DNA of 64,000 nucleotides. Origin: Patescibacteria group bacterium (lineage in GTDB: Bacteria; Patescibacteriota; Minisyncoccia; UBA6257; UBA9933). Positions 1-9,214 of this stretch are shown piece after piece. The stretch's first letter is position 1; each line of letters opens with the position of its first letter. Location: assembly GCA_038065035.1 (NCBI GenBank), contig JBBTRV010000003.1, positions 346-64,345 on the forward strand, read 5' to 3'. The notes beneath the pieces are model-generated. The model worked only from the letters and a program-made list of their open reading frames with translations. It had not been told where the DNA came from and did not search any database. Position numbers and translations under genes: made by a program.

Positions 1-1
1 A

Positions 2-223
2 TTAGTGGAAACAGAAAACAAAGAGGAAATGACAACATTTCTGAAAACAATCGGCTCGAACCATGTTTTAGAAAATCGCCAATTCGTTTTTGCCCCGAAA
101 ATTCAATACAAACTGGCCGCCGAGCGAAGCGAGGCGGGCTCCCAAAACTTGCAATTTCCTTTGTGGTGCGCGGGAGAGGATTCGAACCTCCATGCCCTTG
201 CGAGCGCTACCACCTCAAGGTAG
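2..223 (+). CDS. 5'-truncated ORF, possibly the C-terminal tail of a site-specific (serine) recombinase running antisense into tRNA-Leu
   Basis: The frame is open from the window edge. The tail (...FLKTIGSNHVLENRQFVF...) and its convergent read-through into a tRNA 3' end resemble recombinases at CPR tRNA-integrated islands. No catalytic domain is visible. Confidence 0.4.
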   Translation, partial: LVETENKEEMTTFLKTIGSNHVLENRQFVFAPKIQYKLAAERSEAGSQNLQFPLWCAGEDSNLHALASATTSR

Positions 224-249
224 TGCGTCTGCCGTTTCGCCACCCGCGC
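164..249 (-). tRNA. tRNA-Leu(GAG)
   Basis: Cloverleaf GCGCGGG...CCCGCGC-A-CCA, anticodon arm CTACC-TTGAGGT-GGTAG, long variable arm, GGTTCGAATCC. Confidence 0.95.
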
Positions 250-310
250 GTATAATTTTCTGCGTTTATCAGCGTTATTATCTGCGCCAATCCGCTTCTA
301 TGTTCTATGG

Positions 311-634
311 CTACGCCGCCACCCCGATTTTCTGCCGAGAAACTTTTTTGGAAATATGCCTTAAAAAATAAAGTTTTGATTTATGAATTTTTTTAGGCGA
401 GCTTAAAATTTCAACTTTGGCGATAGACGGCATATTTATGGGAAAAATTTTTTCAACTCCAACGCCGGCAACATCGGCCCGAACAGTAAAAGTAGCGCCT
501 GTTTCTTTGCCATGCTTTCTAGAAATAACAACTCCTTTAAAAGCGCTCTGTCTTTCCTTATCGCCTTCTTTGATTTTTTCCCAAACGCGGACAACCGCGC
601 CGGATTTAATTTGCTTTAAAATTTCTTCAGTCAT
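311..634 (-). CDS. rplS: 50S ribosomal protein L19
   Basis: VRVWEKIKEGDKERQSAFKGVVI, TFTVR...GVGVEKIFP and KLYFLR motifs. Confidence 0.95.
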   Translation of the reverse strand: MTEEILKQIKSGAVVRVWEKIKEGDKERQSAFKGVVISRKHGKETGATFTVRADVAGVGVEKIFPINMPSIAKVEILSSPKKIHKSKLYFLRHISKKVSRQKIGVAA

Positions 635-694
635 AATAAATTAATATCTTTTATTATTATATAGTTAATACTATTTGCGATAGAATGTCAAATG

Positions 695-766
695 TGGGCG
701 GTAGAAGGATCGAACTTCTGACCTCGTCGATGTCAACGACGCGCTCCACCACTGAGCTAACCGCCC
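695..766 (-). tRNA. tRNA-Val(GAC)
   Basis: GGGCGGT-TAGCTCAGTGG, anticodon arm CGTCG-TTGACAT-CGACG, AGTTCGATCCT; CCA not encoded. Confidence 0.95.
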
Positions 767-787
767 GTAAAATAATTTTAAATTTTG

Positions 788-859
788 TGGGCATGGGAGG
801 GATCGAACCTCCGACCTCAGTCTTATCAGGACTGCGTTCTACCACTGAACTACATGCCC
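788..859 (-). tRNA. tRNA-Ile(GAT)
   Basis: GGGCATG-TAGTTCAGTGG, anticodon arm CAGTC-CTGATAA-GACTG, GGTTCGATCCC; CCA not encoded. Confidence 0.95.
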
Positions 860-1116
860 GCGCCTTCTTCAATCACGCTATTTGTTGTTGTCGCATTATT
901 TATTTTTATCGCGTTTTCCGCTTCTTCCGCTATCTGAATATTTTTCAAGCTTTCTAAATTAATTCTTATCAATTTATCATTATTTCCGACATCAATATTT
1001 AACGCCGCGTTTATTTTTGAAATCAAAAACGAAATTGAATAAAAAGCTATTATCATTATTACGCAGAATAGTAAAATTCCGGTGATCAAAAATAATAAAT
1101 CCAGCTTATTTTTCAT
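850..1116 (-). CDS. hypothetical single-pass membrane protein; stop codon lies inside tRNA-Ile
   Basis: 88-aa ORF with an N-terminal hydrophobic helix, overlapping the upstream PilO-like gene. Confidence 0.7.
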   Translation of the reverse strand: MKNKLDLLFLITGILLFCVIMIIAFYSISFLISKINAALNIDVGNNDKLIRINLESLKNIQIAEEAENAIKINNATTTNSVIEEGAGM

Positions 1117-1618
1117 AATAGAAAACCTGGCCGGTCATTTGAGATTTAACCATGCCGGCATTATTGTAAAAATCAATAACATTAAATTTAACAGAATAAC
1201 GGCTATTTTCAAAAGCTTTCAGATAATTGATAAAATTATCATACGAGCCTTCGGCTGTCATATTTAAGCCGATTGACGCCAATCCCTCGCTATTTTTCAA
1301 TTCCGAAGAAAACTTTGAAATTATACTAATTGTATTTCGGGCCGCCAACACATTTGCATCACTCCCAAATTTTATTAATTGATCGCGACTTGATAAAATT
1401 TTATCAAGCGTGCTGAGATACGGTTGAATGGAATTTAGATCAGCCCTAAGTTGAGACAAAGATCGGGTAATACGATTATTAAAAGCAAGGTCGTTCCGTA
1501 ATCCTTCAATTTTTTTAACATTACTAGAAATATCAAAACTCAAATAAATCAAGCCCGCCAAAGAAAACAAAACAACAGCTACCGCGAAACTAATTATGAC
1601 AATAAGCTGTCTAGCCAT
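1106..1618 (-). CDS. type IV pilus assembly PilO-like protein
   Basis: N-terminal TM, coiled coil, and a C-terminal segment AEGSYDNFINYLKAFENSRY typical of the PilO/GspM fold. Confidence 0.65.
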   Translation of the reverse strand: MARQLIVIISFAVAVVLFSLAGLIYLSFDISSNVKKIEGLRNDLAFNNRITRSLSQLRADLNSIQPYLSTLDKILSSRDQLIKFGSDANVLAARNTISIISKFSSELKNSEGLASIGLNMTAEGSYDNFINYLKAFENSRYSVKFNVIDFYNNAGMVKSQMTGQVFYYEK

Positions 1619-1663
1619 ACATAATAATTATATGTTAAAATAACTAAGCAATCAACATTAATC

Positions 1664-2581
1664 ATGATAAATCAATTACTTTCTCAAAAAATCAAAACTA
1701 TCAAAAAAAAAGATGATGATTATCCCCTTCTCTTAAAAGAAATCTTAGACGCTCCTGAAAAAATTTTCTTTTTGGGAAATTTACAGAGTAAACAAATCAA
1801 TGATAAATTTAAAATCGCTATTGTCGGCACCAGGCGCGCAACATCAGATGGCAGAACATTAGCCAAAGAATTAGCAAAAAAATTAGCTGAAAACGGAGTT
1901 ATAATAGTAAGCGGCTTGGCAATGGGCATAGATACGGCGGCACACCAGGGAACAATTGAAGCGAACGGAAAAACAATCGCCGTCTTGGCAAACGGATTGG
2001 ATTCTATTTACCCGGCGCAAAACGAAAATCTGGCAAAAAAAATCTTAGAATTCGGCGGCGCGATTATATCTGAATATCCGCCGGGAACCCCTGCTTATCA
2101 AAACCAATTTTTAGAACGCAACCGCATTGTCAGCGGCTTGTGCGACGCCACTATTATAATAGAAGCTCCCGAACGATCCGGTTCATTGGTTACAGCGAGA
2201 TTGGCCGCCGAACAAGGACGGGAAGTTTTAGTTTTTCCCGGACCGCTCCGCTATCCCAATTACAAAGGTTCTCATAAATTAATAAGAGACGGCGCCCGAC
2301 TAGTCACTTCAATTGAAGACATTATTGAAGATCTTGGTTTAAATTCAAATAAAGATAAACAAAAAGAGAAAAACGGGGGCGCTACTAAATTGCCATTAAA
2401 TAATTTTGCGACTGGAGAAGAAAAACTAATTTTAAAGATAATAAAAAATAGCAATCAGCCGCTTGGTATTGACAGAATAATCAAATTAACTAAACTTGAA
2501 CCTCAAAAGGTAAATCAGATAATTACATTTTCGATTATTAAAGGAATGATCAAAGAAACCGAAAAGGGATACACATTTTGA
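1664..2581 (+). CDS. dprA: DNA-processing protein DprA
   Basis: IAIVGTR, IVSGLAMGIDTAAH, FLERNRIVSGL and EAPERSGSLVTA motifs. Confidence 0.96.
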   Translation: MINQLLSQKIKTIKKKDDDYPLLLKEILDAPEKIFFLGNLQSKQINDKFKIAIVGTRRATSDGRTLAKELAKKLAENGVIIVSGLAMGIDTAAHQGTIEANGKTIAVLANGLDSIYPAQNENLAKKILEFGGAIISEYPPGTPAYQNQFLERNRIVSGLCDATIIIEAPERSGSLVTARLAAEQGREVLVFPGPLRYPNYKGSHKLIRDGARLVTSIEDIIEDLGLNSNKDKQKEKNGGATKLPLNNFATGEEKLILKIIKNSNQPLGIDRIIKLTKLEPQKVNQIITFSIIKGMIKETEKGYTF

Positions 2582-2606
2582 AATTCCAAAAATTAAGAAT
2601 TAATTC

Positions 2607-4805
2607 ATGAACTTAATTATCGTTGAAAGTCCGACAAAAACAAAAACAATTTCTAAGTACCTAAAAGGTAATTATTTAATTAAAGCCAGCGTCGGTCATA
2701 TTCGCGATTTACCGAAAAGCAATAAAACGGCAATAGATATTAAAGCTGGATTCACGCCATATTACGAAATCATCAAGGGAAAAGAAAAAATCATTGACGA
2801 CTTAAGGGAATCAATAAAAAATTCTAAAGAAGTGCTCCTAGCCACCGACCCTGACCGCGAAGGCGAAGCTATTGCTTGGCATATCATTCAATCTTGCAGA
2901 TTGAATGAAATCAAAAATCAAAAATCAAAAATCAAAAATGTTAAACGGATTGTTTTTAATGAGATAACCGAAAGTGCTATAAAGGAAGCAATAAAACATC
3001 CGCGCGACATTGATATGGATTTAGTTAAAGCCCAGGAGGCACGGCGCGTTTTAGACCGCATAGTTGGCTATGATTTAAGCGGCCTTATTTGGAAAAAAGT
3101 GCGCTATGGCTTATCCGCCGGCCGGGTGCAATCTCCGGCTTTACGGATAATAATGGAACGCGAACGGGAAATAAGAGCTTTTATTCCTGAAAATTATTGG
3201 ATTATTACCGGAGAATTTAAGACCGAACGCGATGACAAAGTTACCCTCATTTGCGATGAACAGCCGAAAAATGAGAAAGAAGTAAAACGAATTATTAATA
3301 TTGCCCAAAAAAATAAATGGCAAGTAGTTGATATTTCTCAAAGCGAGACTAAAAGAAATCCCCGGCCGCCATTCATCACTTCAACGCTTCAGCAAACCGC
3401 CAGTTCCCGCTTTGGTTACGCGCCATCCCGCACAATGTCTATCGCCCAAAAACTTTACGAACAAGGGCTTATTACTTACATGCGAACAGACAGCATGAAT
3501 TTAAGTAAAGAAATCTTACCGCAAATTTATAATACGATAGAAAAACAATTTGGCAAAGAATATCTTTTACCGCGCCTCTACACAACAAAAAACAAAAGCG
3601 CCCAGGAAGCTCATGAGGCAATCCGGCCGACCAGCGCTTCCCTAAAAATCGCCGGCTCAAACGATGAACAAAAAAAACTTTACCAGCTCATCTGGCAGAG
3701 AACCATCGCCTCGCAAATGGCAGACGCGAAAATTTTACGGACAAAAATCTCTGCCAATATTTTACAAACTACAATTATTCCAAATTTCTCCGCTACTGGC
3801 AGTATTGTTATTTTTCCAGGATGGCTGGCAGCCGACCCGGCAGCCAGAGGTGAAGACGTAGAATTTCCAAAAATTTCAAAAAATGAAAAGTTAAAATTAA
3901 TAAATATTGAAAGCGAAGGAAAACAGACGGAACCGCCGGCAAGATACTCGGAAGCCGGACTTATCAAAGAACTGGAAAAACGGGAAATCGGCAGACCCTC
4001 AACTTACGCAACAATTATTAAAACAATCCAGGACCGCGGCTATGTCATTAAAGAAGGCAAGGCTTTAAAACCGACTGACACCGGCGATGTTGTAAGCACG
4101 TTTTTAGAAAAGAATTTCGCGTCTTATATCAGCGATTCATTTACCGCTGAAATGGAGCGGAAACTTGACGAAATCGCCGAAGGAAAAAGAAAATACGAAA
4201 AAATGCTTGGCGATTTTTACAAACCATTTTCAAAAGAAGTAAAAGAGAAAGAAAAAACCGCTGAAAAACTGACCAACCTTGGCGAGGCCGATAAAAAATA
4301 CAAATGCCCGGTTTGTAAGGGGCCGATGATTATTAAACTGTCGCGAACTGGAAAATTTTTAAGCTGCAAAAAATTCCCGGAATGCCAAGGCGCCAGGAAA
4401 ATAGATGGTTCAACAATGGAAGGCCCTAAAGAAACCGGCGAAAAATGCCCGCAGTGTTTGGATGGTAAATTAATAGAACGCGAAGGCCGCTATGGCAAAT
4501 TTATCGCTTGCAGCAATTATCCAAAATGCAAATTCATCAAAACCAGTCCGGAAGAAGAAGCCCGTAAAAGAACCGGAGTGAAGTGTCCGTGGGATGGCGG
4601 AGAAATTGTAGAGCGCCGCGGCAGGTTTGGTTCGTTTTTCTCCTGCTCTAATTATCCGAACTGCAAATTCATTATGAAATCCCGGCCAACGGGAAATATT
4701 TGTAATCTCTGCGGCTCGCTAATGATGCAAGGAACGAAGACTATATCAGAACGTTGTAGTAACGCAAAATGTCCCAATAACAGACCAGACAAAATTAAAC
4801 CATAA
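2607..4805 (+). CDS. topA: DNA topoisomerase I (type IA) with C-terminal zinc ribbons
   Basis: IVESPTK, ATDPDREGEAIAWH, SAGRVQS, ITYMRTDS, AQEAHEAIRPT and CxxC repeats. Confidence 0.98.
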   Translation: MNLIIVESPTKTKTISKYLKGNYLIKASVGHIRDLPKSNKTAIDIKAGFTPYYEIIKGKEKIIDDLRESIKNSKEVLLATDPDREGEAIAWHIIQSCRLNEIKNQKSKIKNVKRIVFNEITESAIKEAIKHPRDIDMDLVKAQEARRVLDRIVGYDLSGLIWKKVRYGLSAGRVQSPALRIIMEREREIRAFIPENYWIITGEFKTERDDKVTLICDEQPKNEKEVKRIINIAQKNKWQVVDISQSETKRNPRPPFITSTLQQTASSRFGYAPSRTMSIAQKLYEQGLITYMRTDSMNLSKEILPQIYNTIEKQFGKEYLLPRLYTTKNKSAQEAHEAIRPTSASLKIAGSNDEQKKLYQLIWQRTIASQMADAKILRTKISANILQTTIIPNFSATGSIVIFPGWLAADPAARGEDVEFPKISKNEKLKLINIESEGKQTEPPARYSEAGLIKELEKREIGRPSTYATIIKTIQDRGYVIKEGKALKPTDTGDVVSTFLEKNFASYISDSFTAEMERKLDEIAEGKRKYEKMLGDFYKPFSKEVKEKEKTAEKLTNLGEADKKYKCPVCKGPMIIKLSRTGKFLSCKKFPECQGARKIDGSTMEGPKETGEKCPQCLDGKLIEREGRYGKFIACSNYPKCKFIKTSPEEEARKRTGVKCPWDGGEIVERRGRFGSFFSCSNYPNCKFIMKSRPTGNICNLCGSLMMQGTKTISERCSNAKCPNNRPDKIKP
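2908..2939 (+). repeat. heptamer tandem repeat (AAATCAA)x4.5, in-frame within topA
   Basis: Four exact AAATCAA units encoding IKNQKSKIKN. Confidence 0.9.
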
Positions 4806-4819
4806 AGTTAATTCCGCGG

Positions 4820-4849
4820 CCTCGTACCGAGCTTCGCTCTGATGCGAGG
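4820..4849. repeat. GC-rich REP-like imperfect palindrome downstream of topA
   Basis: CCTCGTA-CC-GAGC-TTC-GCTC-TGA-TGCGAGG nested inverted repeat. Confidence 0.55.
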
Positions 4850-4939
4850 GAAGGCACAAAAACAATTTCTAAAAGATATTCAAATAAGAATTGCCAAAAT
4901 TATAATCCGGTCAAAATAAAATAAAAAAATACAAGGTAT

Positions 4940-4971
4940 AAAAATCACCGAAATAAATCGGTGATTTTTTA
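4940..4971 (+). terminator. intrinsic terminator after topA
   Basis: AAAATCACCGA-loop-TCGGTGATTTTTT stem with a U-tract. Confidence 0.8.
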
Positions 4972-5011
4972 TATTGCAAAAAATGGAAAATAATATTAAG
5001 CTATATTCAAC

Positions 5012-6757
5012 ATGAATGTCAATGATTTGCTTAAAACGCTAGAATTTTCAGAGAGTGAAGCTGATTTAATAAAACGCGCCTTTATTTTTAGCCAGAAAAT
5101 TCACCAGCACCAAAAAAGAAAAACTAACGAGCCGTATTTTAAGCATCCTTTTGAAACCGCTCTAAAAATCAGCGAATGGAAACTCGATGCTAACGCTATC
5201 AGCGCGGCCCTTCTCCATGACGCCATAGAAGACACCAATACCTCGCTTGAAGAAATAAAAAATAAATTCGGCGAGGAAGTGATGTTTTTAGTAGACGGCG
5301 TAACAAAAATAAGTAAAATTAAATACCATCAACAAAATAGTGACGATAATCTAAAAAAACAAAAAATAGAAAGAAATAGAGATTTAGAGCAAGCTGAAAA
5401 TATCCGAAAAATGATTTTAGCGCTCAGTCAGGATATAAGGGTAATTTTAATTAAATTAGCCGACCGCTTGCATAATATGAAAACACTTGCCGCTCTCCCG
5501 CCCCAAAAACAGAAACGGATTGCTTTGGAAACTTCGGAAATTTATTCTCCATTGGCATATCGCCTGGGAATGGCTAATCTAGCCGGAGAACTGGAAGAAT
5601 TATCATTCCCTTATCTTCATCTTAAAGAATATAAATGGCTGGTTGACCATATAAAAACAAGTTACGGCGAACGGGAAAAATACCTTGAAAAAGTAAAAAT
5701 AATTATTGAAAAAATATTAGATGAAAATAATATTCAGCCAGTTAAAATAGATTTTCGGGTAAAACGCTACTCCAGTCTATATAAGAAACTTTTCCGTTTC
5801 GATATGAACCTTGAACAGATTTACGACTTAATCGCTTTTCGGATAATAGTTAAAACTATTGAAGAATGCTACGCGACCCTTGGCGTAATCCATCAATTAT
5901 GGCCGCCCTTGCCCGGAAAAATAAAAGATTATATCGCCATGCCAAAGCCAAACGGCTACCACTCTCTTCACACCACGGTTTTTTGCATAGACAATAAGCC
6001 GACTGAATTTCAAATCAGGACAGAAGCGATGCACCAAGAAGCGGAAAACGGCATTGCCGCTTATTGGGCTTACGCCGACGCTAAAAATAAAAAGCAGTAT
6101 CGCGAACAAAAGGCAATTCTAGCGAACAAAGACGAGCTTCGCTGGGTGGAACAATTGCGCGGCTGGCAAAAACAATTTACCGACCCGCAGGAATTTTTAC
6201 GGTCTTTGAAAATCGATTTTCTCAAAGACAGGATTTTTGTTATCACTCCCCAAGGAGAAATCATAGATTTGCCGCTCAGCGCCACGCCGGTTGATTTCGC
6301 TTATGCCATCCACACGGAAATAGGCAATAGTTGCATTGGCGCTAAAATAAACAATAAAATAGCTCCTTTGGATTATCAGCTTCAATCCGGCGATTTAGTT
6401 GAAATATTAGTGCAAAAAAGCAAGAAACCTTCGCAATCATGGCTTGAATTTGTTAAAACATCCATAGCTAAAAAACAGATTAAAGCGGCCTCAAAAGATA
6501 TTCTCCAATTTAAAAAACAAGAAAAAAATACCGAGCTTAAAATAATAGTTTTAGACCGCATCGGGCTTTTAAAAGATATATCCGCGATTATTTCCAGGAA
6601 CCATCTTAATATCCAATCCAGCCACAGCGAAGCCAGCGGCAATTTTCATGTTATGAAAATCCGCTGCGAAACAAACGATAAAGAAAAAATTGAAAAATTA
6701 ATTTTAAAATTGAAAGAAATTAAAGAGATTAAAGAAATTAGTTATAAACTAGTATAA
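5012..6757 (+). CDS. rel: RelA/SpoT family (p)ppGpp synthetase/hydrolase, compact (HD-SYNTH-TGS-ACT)
   Basis: LLHDAIEDT, IKLADRLHNM, KDYIAMPKPNGYHSLHT, EFQIRT, TPVDFAYAIHT and ACT motif DRIGLLKDI. Confidence 0.95.
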   Translation: MNVNDLLKTLEFSESEADLIKRAFIFSQKIHQHQKRKTNEPYFKHPFETALKISEWKLDANAISAALLHDAIEDTNTSLEEIKNKFGEEVMFLVDGVTKISKIKYHQQNSDDNLKKQKIERNRDLEQAENIRKMILALSQDIRVILIKLADRLHNMKTLAALPPQKQKRIALETSEIYSPLAYRLGMANLAGELEELSFPYLHLKEYKWLVDHIKTSYGEREKYLEKVKIIIEKILDENNIQPVKIDFRVKRYSSLYKKLFRFDMNLEQIYDLIAFRIIVKTIEECYATLGVIHQLWPPLPGKIKDYIAMPKPNGYHSLHTTVFCIDNKPTEFQIRTEAMHQEAENGIAAYWAYADAKNKKQYREQKAILANKDELRWVEQLRGWQKQFTDPQEFLRSLKIDFLKDRIFVITPQGEIIDLPLSATPVDFAYAIHTEIGNSCIGAKINNKIAPLDYQLQSGDLVEILVQKSKKPSQSWLEFVKTSIAKKQIKAASKDILQFKKQEKNTELKIIVLDRIGLLKDISAIISRNHLNIQSSHSEASGNFHVMKIRCETNDKEKIEKLILKLKEIKEIKEISYKLV

Positions 6758-6782
6758 AAATGAAAGATATGCGGTATAAAAA

Positions 6783-7892
6783 TTAAATTTTTGGATTTAA
6801 TTTCTGTATAATTCCCTGAATTTCTTCCGGAGAATAAAAGGATATCACAATTTTTCCGCCCTTGTCTCCGCCAGTCGGCGGATCAATTTTAACCGGCGCG
6901 CCTAAAAGTTCCGTTAATTGCTCCTGAAAATGAAAAATTTCAGGATTGGTTGCGGCCGGCTTGGACGCAGTCTCCGACGGTTTTGCGCCCGATGCCATTA
7001 CCTTAATTCTGCCTCTTAGTTCGCGGACGCTTAAATTATTTTTTATTAATTCATTAAAAATCGCCATCTGCTGCGCCATGTCGTCAATCGCCAAAAGAAG
7101 CCGCGCCTGGCTTTCATTTATTTGATTCTTAACAACGGCGTCTTGAATTTCTGATGGAAGATTTAAAATTCTTAGATTATTTGCAATACTTTCTCGGCTC
7201 TTTCCTAAACGAGACGCAATTTCTCTTTGAGTTAAACCAAATTCATCCTGAAGCCGAGCATAAGCCCTGGCGGTTTCAACCGGATTTAAATTGGCCCGCT
7301 GAAGATTTTCAACAATAGCCAGCTCCATTTGCTCGGCTTTCTGAGAAACGCGGCGTACAATCGCTGGCACCCTTTCCATGCCGATCATTTTAGCGGCCAT
7401 CAATCTTCTTTCTCCGGCAATCAATTGATATTCAACTTTGGTGCCGTCTTCAACTTCATGCTCTATTTTAGAAATAATAATCGGCTGAATAATACCGAAT
7501 TCACGTATTGAAGCCGCTAATTCTTTTAAAGATTCTTCATCAAAATGTTTTCTCGGCTGAAACGGATTTGGCTTGATTTTCTCAACCTCAATGAGAAAAA
7601 CTGATTCATGATGGCGGCGAAGCTTGTATTTTTGCCCATGGAGCCCTTCTTCATGTTTATAACTATCATCGACCGCTTTTTCTTGATTTTCCGTTCCTTG
7701 CTCGCTTACCGTTATTTCGCTACTTTTAGTTTCTTTTATTTTATCAGCTTGCGGAAGCTGTTTTATTTGTTGCGGTTGCTGAACGGCAATATTTTCCGAT
7801 TGCTCATTAACTTCAAAAATCTGATTATCAACACTATCATCTGGAAATTGCGCGCCTGAAATTTGAGATGTTTGATTTATATTTTGGTCCAT
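6783..7892 (-). CDS. parB: ParB/Spo0J partition protein with a long low-complexity N-terminus
   Basis: PNPFQPRKHF, LIAGERRLMAA, ENLQRANLNPVE and an HTH. Confidence 0.93.
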   Translation of the reverse strand: MDQNINQTSQISGAQFPDDSVDNQIFEVNEQSENIAVQQPQQIKQLPQADKIKETKSSEITVSEQGTENQEKAVDDSYKHEEGLHGQKYKLRRHHESVFLIEVEKIKPNPFQPRKHFDEESLKELAASIREFGIIQPIIISKIEHEVEDGTKVEYQLIAGERRLMAAKMIGMERVPAIVRRVSQKAEQMELAIVENLQRANLNPVETARAYARLQDEFGLTQREIASRLGKSRESIANNLRILNLPSEIQDAVVKNQINESQARLLLAIDDMAQQMAIFNELIKNNLSVRELRGRIKVMASGAKPSETASKPAATNPEIFHFQEQLTELLGAPVKIDPPTGGDKGGKIVISFYSPEEIQGIIQKLNPKI

Positions 7893-7988
7893 AATATATA
7901 TAGCCTACTAAATTAATAAAAAATTGCAATAAATATCATTTATAATAATATTTACTATAAAACTAATCAGTGTTATTATCAATAGATT

Positions 7989-8072
7989 GCCCGGGTGGTG
8001 GAATGGCAGACACGCACGACTCAAAATCGTGTGCCGCAAGGCATGAGAGTTCGACTCTCTCCCCGGGCACCA
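7989..8072 (+). tRNA. tRNA-Leu(CAA)
   Basis: GCCCGGG...CCCGGGC-A-CCA, anticodon arm CACGA-CTCAAAA-TCGTG, long variable arm. Confidence 0.96.
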
Positions 8073-8090
8073 AGTGAGAAAAGTCAAAAT

Positions 8091-8118
8091 TTGACAAAAA
8101 TTTTTAAATTGCTACACT
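8091..8118 (+). promoter_or_regulatory. sigma70-type promoter for the small ORF at 8170
   Basis: TTGACA-16 nt-TACACT. Confidence 0.6.
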
Positions 8119-8169
8119 TTTCTTAGTATTTTACATCCTAAAATGGGTGAGAAAGGAAGGTGATCAACT

Positions 8170-8376
8170 ATGTGTATAAGCAAAGTCCTACTCCTGGCAA
8201 AGGAAAAAAAATCTAAATTCAAAATAAAAAGAAAGAAAACTCCTATTTCTCCAACTCCGCCGAAAAATAACGAAAAATTATCTCGTTTGAAAATTTTGCG
8301 TGAGGCCTTCTTTGAAGGCCACATCACCAAAAAAGAGTTAGGAGAAGGAATTGAAGAATTAAGATTAGGATTATAA
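8170..8376 (+). CDS. small basic hypothetical protein (68 aa)
   Basis: Has its own promoter, a strong SD-like AAAGGAAGGTGATCA before the ATG, and a downstream terminator. Confidence 0.6.
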   Translation: MCISKVLLLAKEKKSKFKIKRKKTPISPTPPKNNEKLSRLKILREAFFEGHITKKELGEGIEELRLGL

Positions 8377-8393
8377 ATCCTTTGCCAGAATTC

Positions 8394-8430
8394 AAAAGGC
8401 GTTCCATTTTTATCGGAACGCCTATTTTTT
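8394..8430. terminator. intrinsic terminator between convergent genes
   Basis: AGGCGTTCC/GGAACGCCT stem flanked by A and T runs. Confidence 0.75.
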
Positions 8431-9013
8431 ATATATTTATTTTTTCTTCTCCTATTTTATTCTCTATTTTACTCTTAAATTCAATATCTAAAATTTTCTT
8501 CACCAAAAAACTGCTCACAACACCGATAATCGCGCCGACTAAAACATCCGACGGCCAATGAATACCGGTAAATATTCTGGAAATACCCATTAAAACGGCA
8601 AATCCAAAAAACCAAAGTCCTATTTTATTTTTAAATTTTTTTTCTTTCGCAAAATAAAAAAGCAATATTGAAAACGCTAAAGTGAAATAAAAAGCAGCAT
8701 GTCCGGATGGAAAAGACATATAAATGTCATTTTTTTCAATAAGCGGCTGGATATTTAATGACACGAAAGGCCTTTGCCGATGGCTAAAAAACTTTATTAC
8801 TTCCGCAATAATTCCTCTTGACAAAATCAATGAAAGCGAAATTAAAGAAAAAAAATAAATTTTATCACTCCATTTCTTTTCTTTAAAAATAAAAAATAAA
8901 GCCGTTAAAACCAAAAAATAACCGAGATATTCGGCCGTAAAAATAGCGATATAATCAACAAGCCAATAACGGCGGGAAAACTCGTTGATTGCTTGATATA
9001 TATATACATCCAT
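8429..9013 (-). CDS. PAP2 family phosphatase (undecaprenyl-diphosphatase-like)
   Basis: K...RQRP, SFPSGHA and SRIFTGIHWPSDV motifs; multiple TM helices. Confidence 0.92.
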   Translation of the reverse strand: MDVYIYQAINEFSRRYWLVDYIAIFTAEYLGYFLVLTALFFIFKEKKWSDKIYFFSLISLSLILSRGIIAEVIKFFSHRQRPFVSLNIQPLIEKNDIYMSFPSGHAAFYFTLAFSILLFYFAKEKKFKNKIGLWFFGFAVLMGISRIFTGIHWPSDVLVGAIIGVVSSFLVKKILDIEFKSKIENKIGEEKINI

Positions 9014-9211
9014 TTACTTTTTTACGAAAGGCAATAATCCGATAAATCTTGCCCTTTTAATCGCCTGAGCAAGCAAGCGCTGATGCTTGGCGCACACACC
9101 AGTCCATTTCGGATCGATAATTTTCGCCTGCGAAGAAACAAACCGCCTCAACATATCGGTATTTTTATAATCAACATCTTTTAAATTTTGCGAACAAAAA
9201 AAACACTGCAT
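9014..9211 (-). CDS. rpsR: 30S ribosomal protein S18 (Zn-binding type)
   Basis: CFFC, DYKN, CAKHQR and AIKRAR motifs; rpsF-ssb-rpsR gene order. Confidence 0.96.
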   Translation of the reverse strand: MQCFFCSQNLKDVDYKNTDMLRRFVSSQAKIIDPKWTGVCAKHQRLLAQAIKRARFIGLLPFVKK

Positions 9212-9214
9212 AAT

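Noticed and set aside
657-957. ORFs 657-872 and 685-957 (also 90-371 and 25247-25432)
   Set aside because: They overlap tRNA genes and are shadow translations.
6783-7990. Replication origin or plasmid partition cassette near parB
   Set aside because: No parA, no canonical parS palindrome and no DnaA-box cluster seen; the DnaA boxes elsewhere are solitary.
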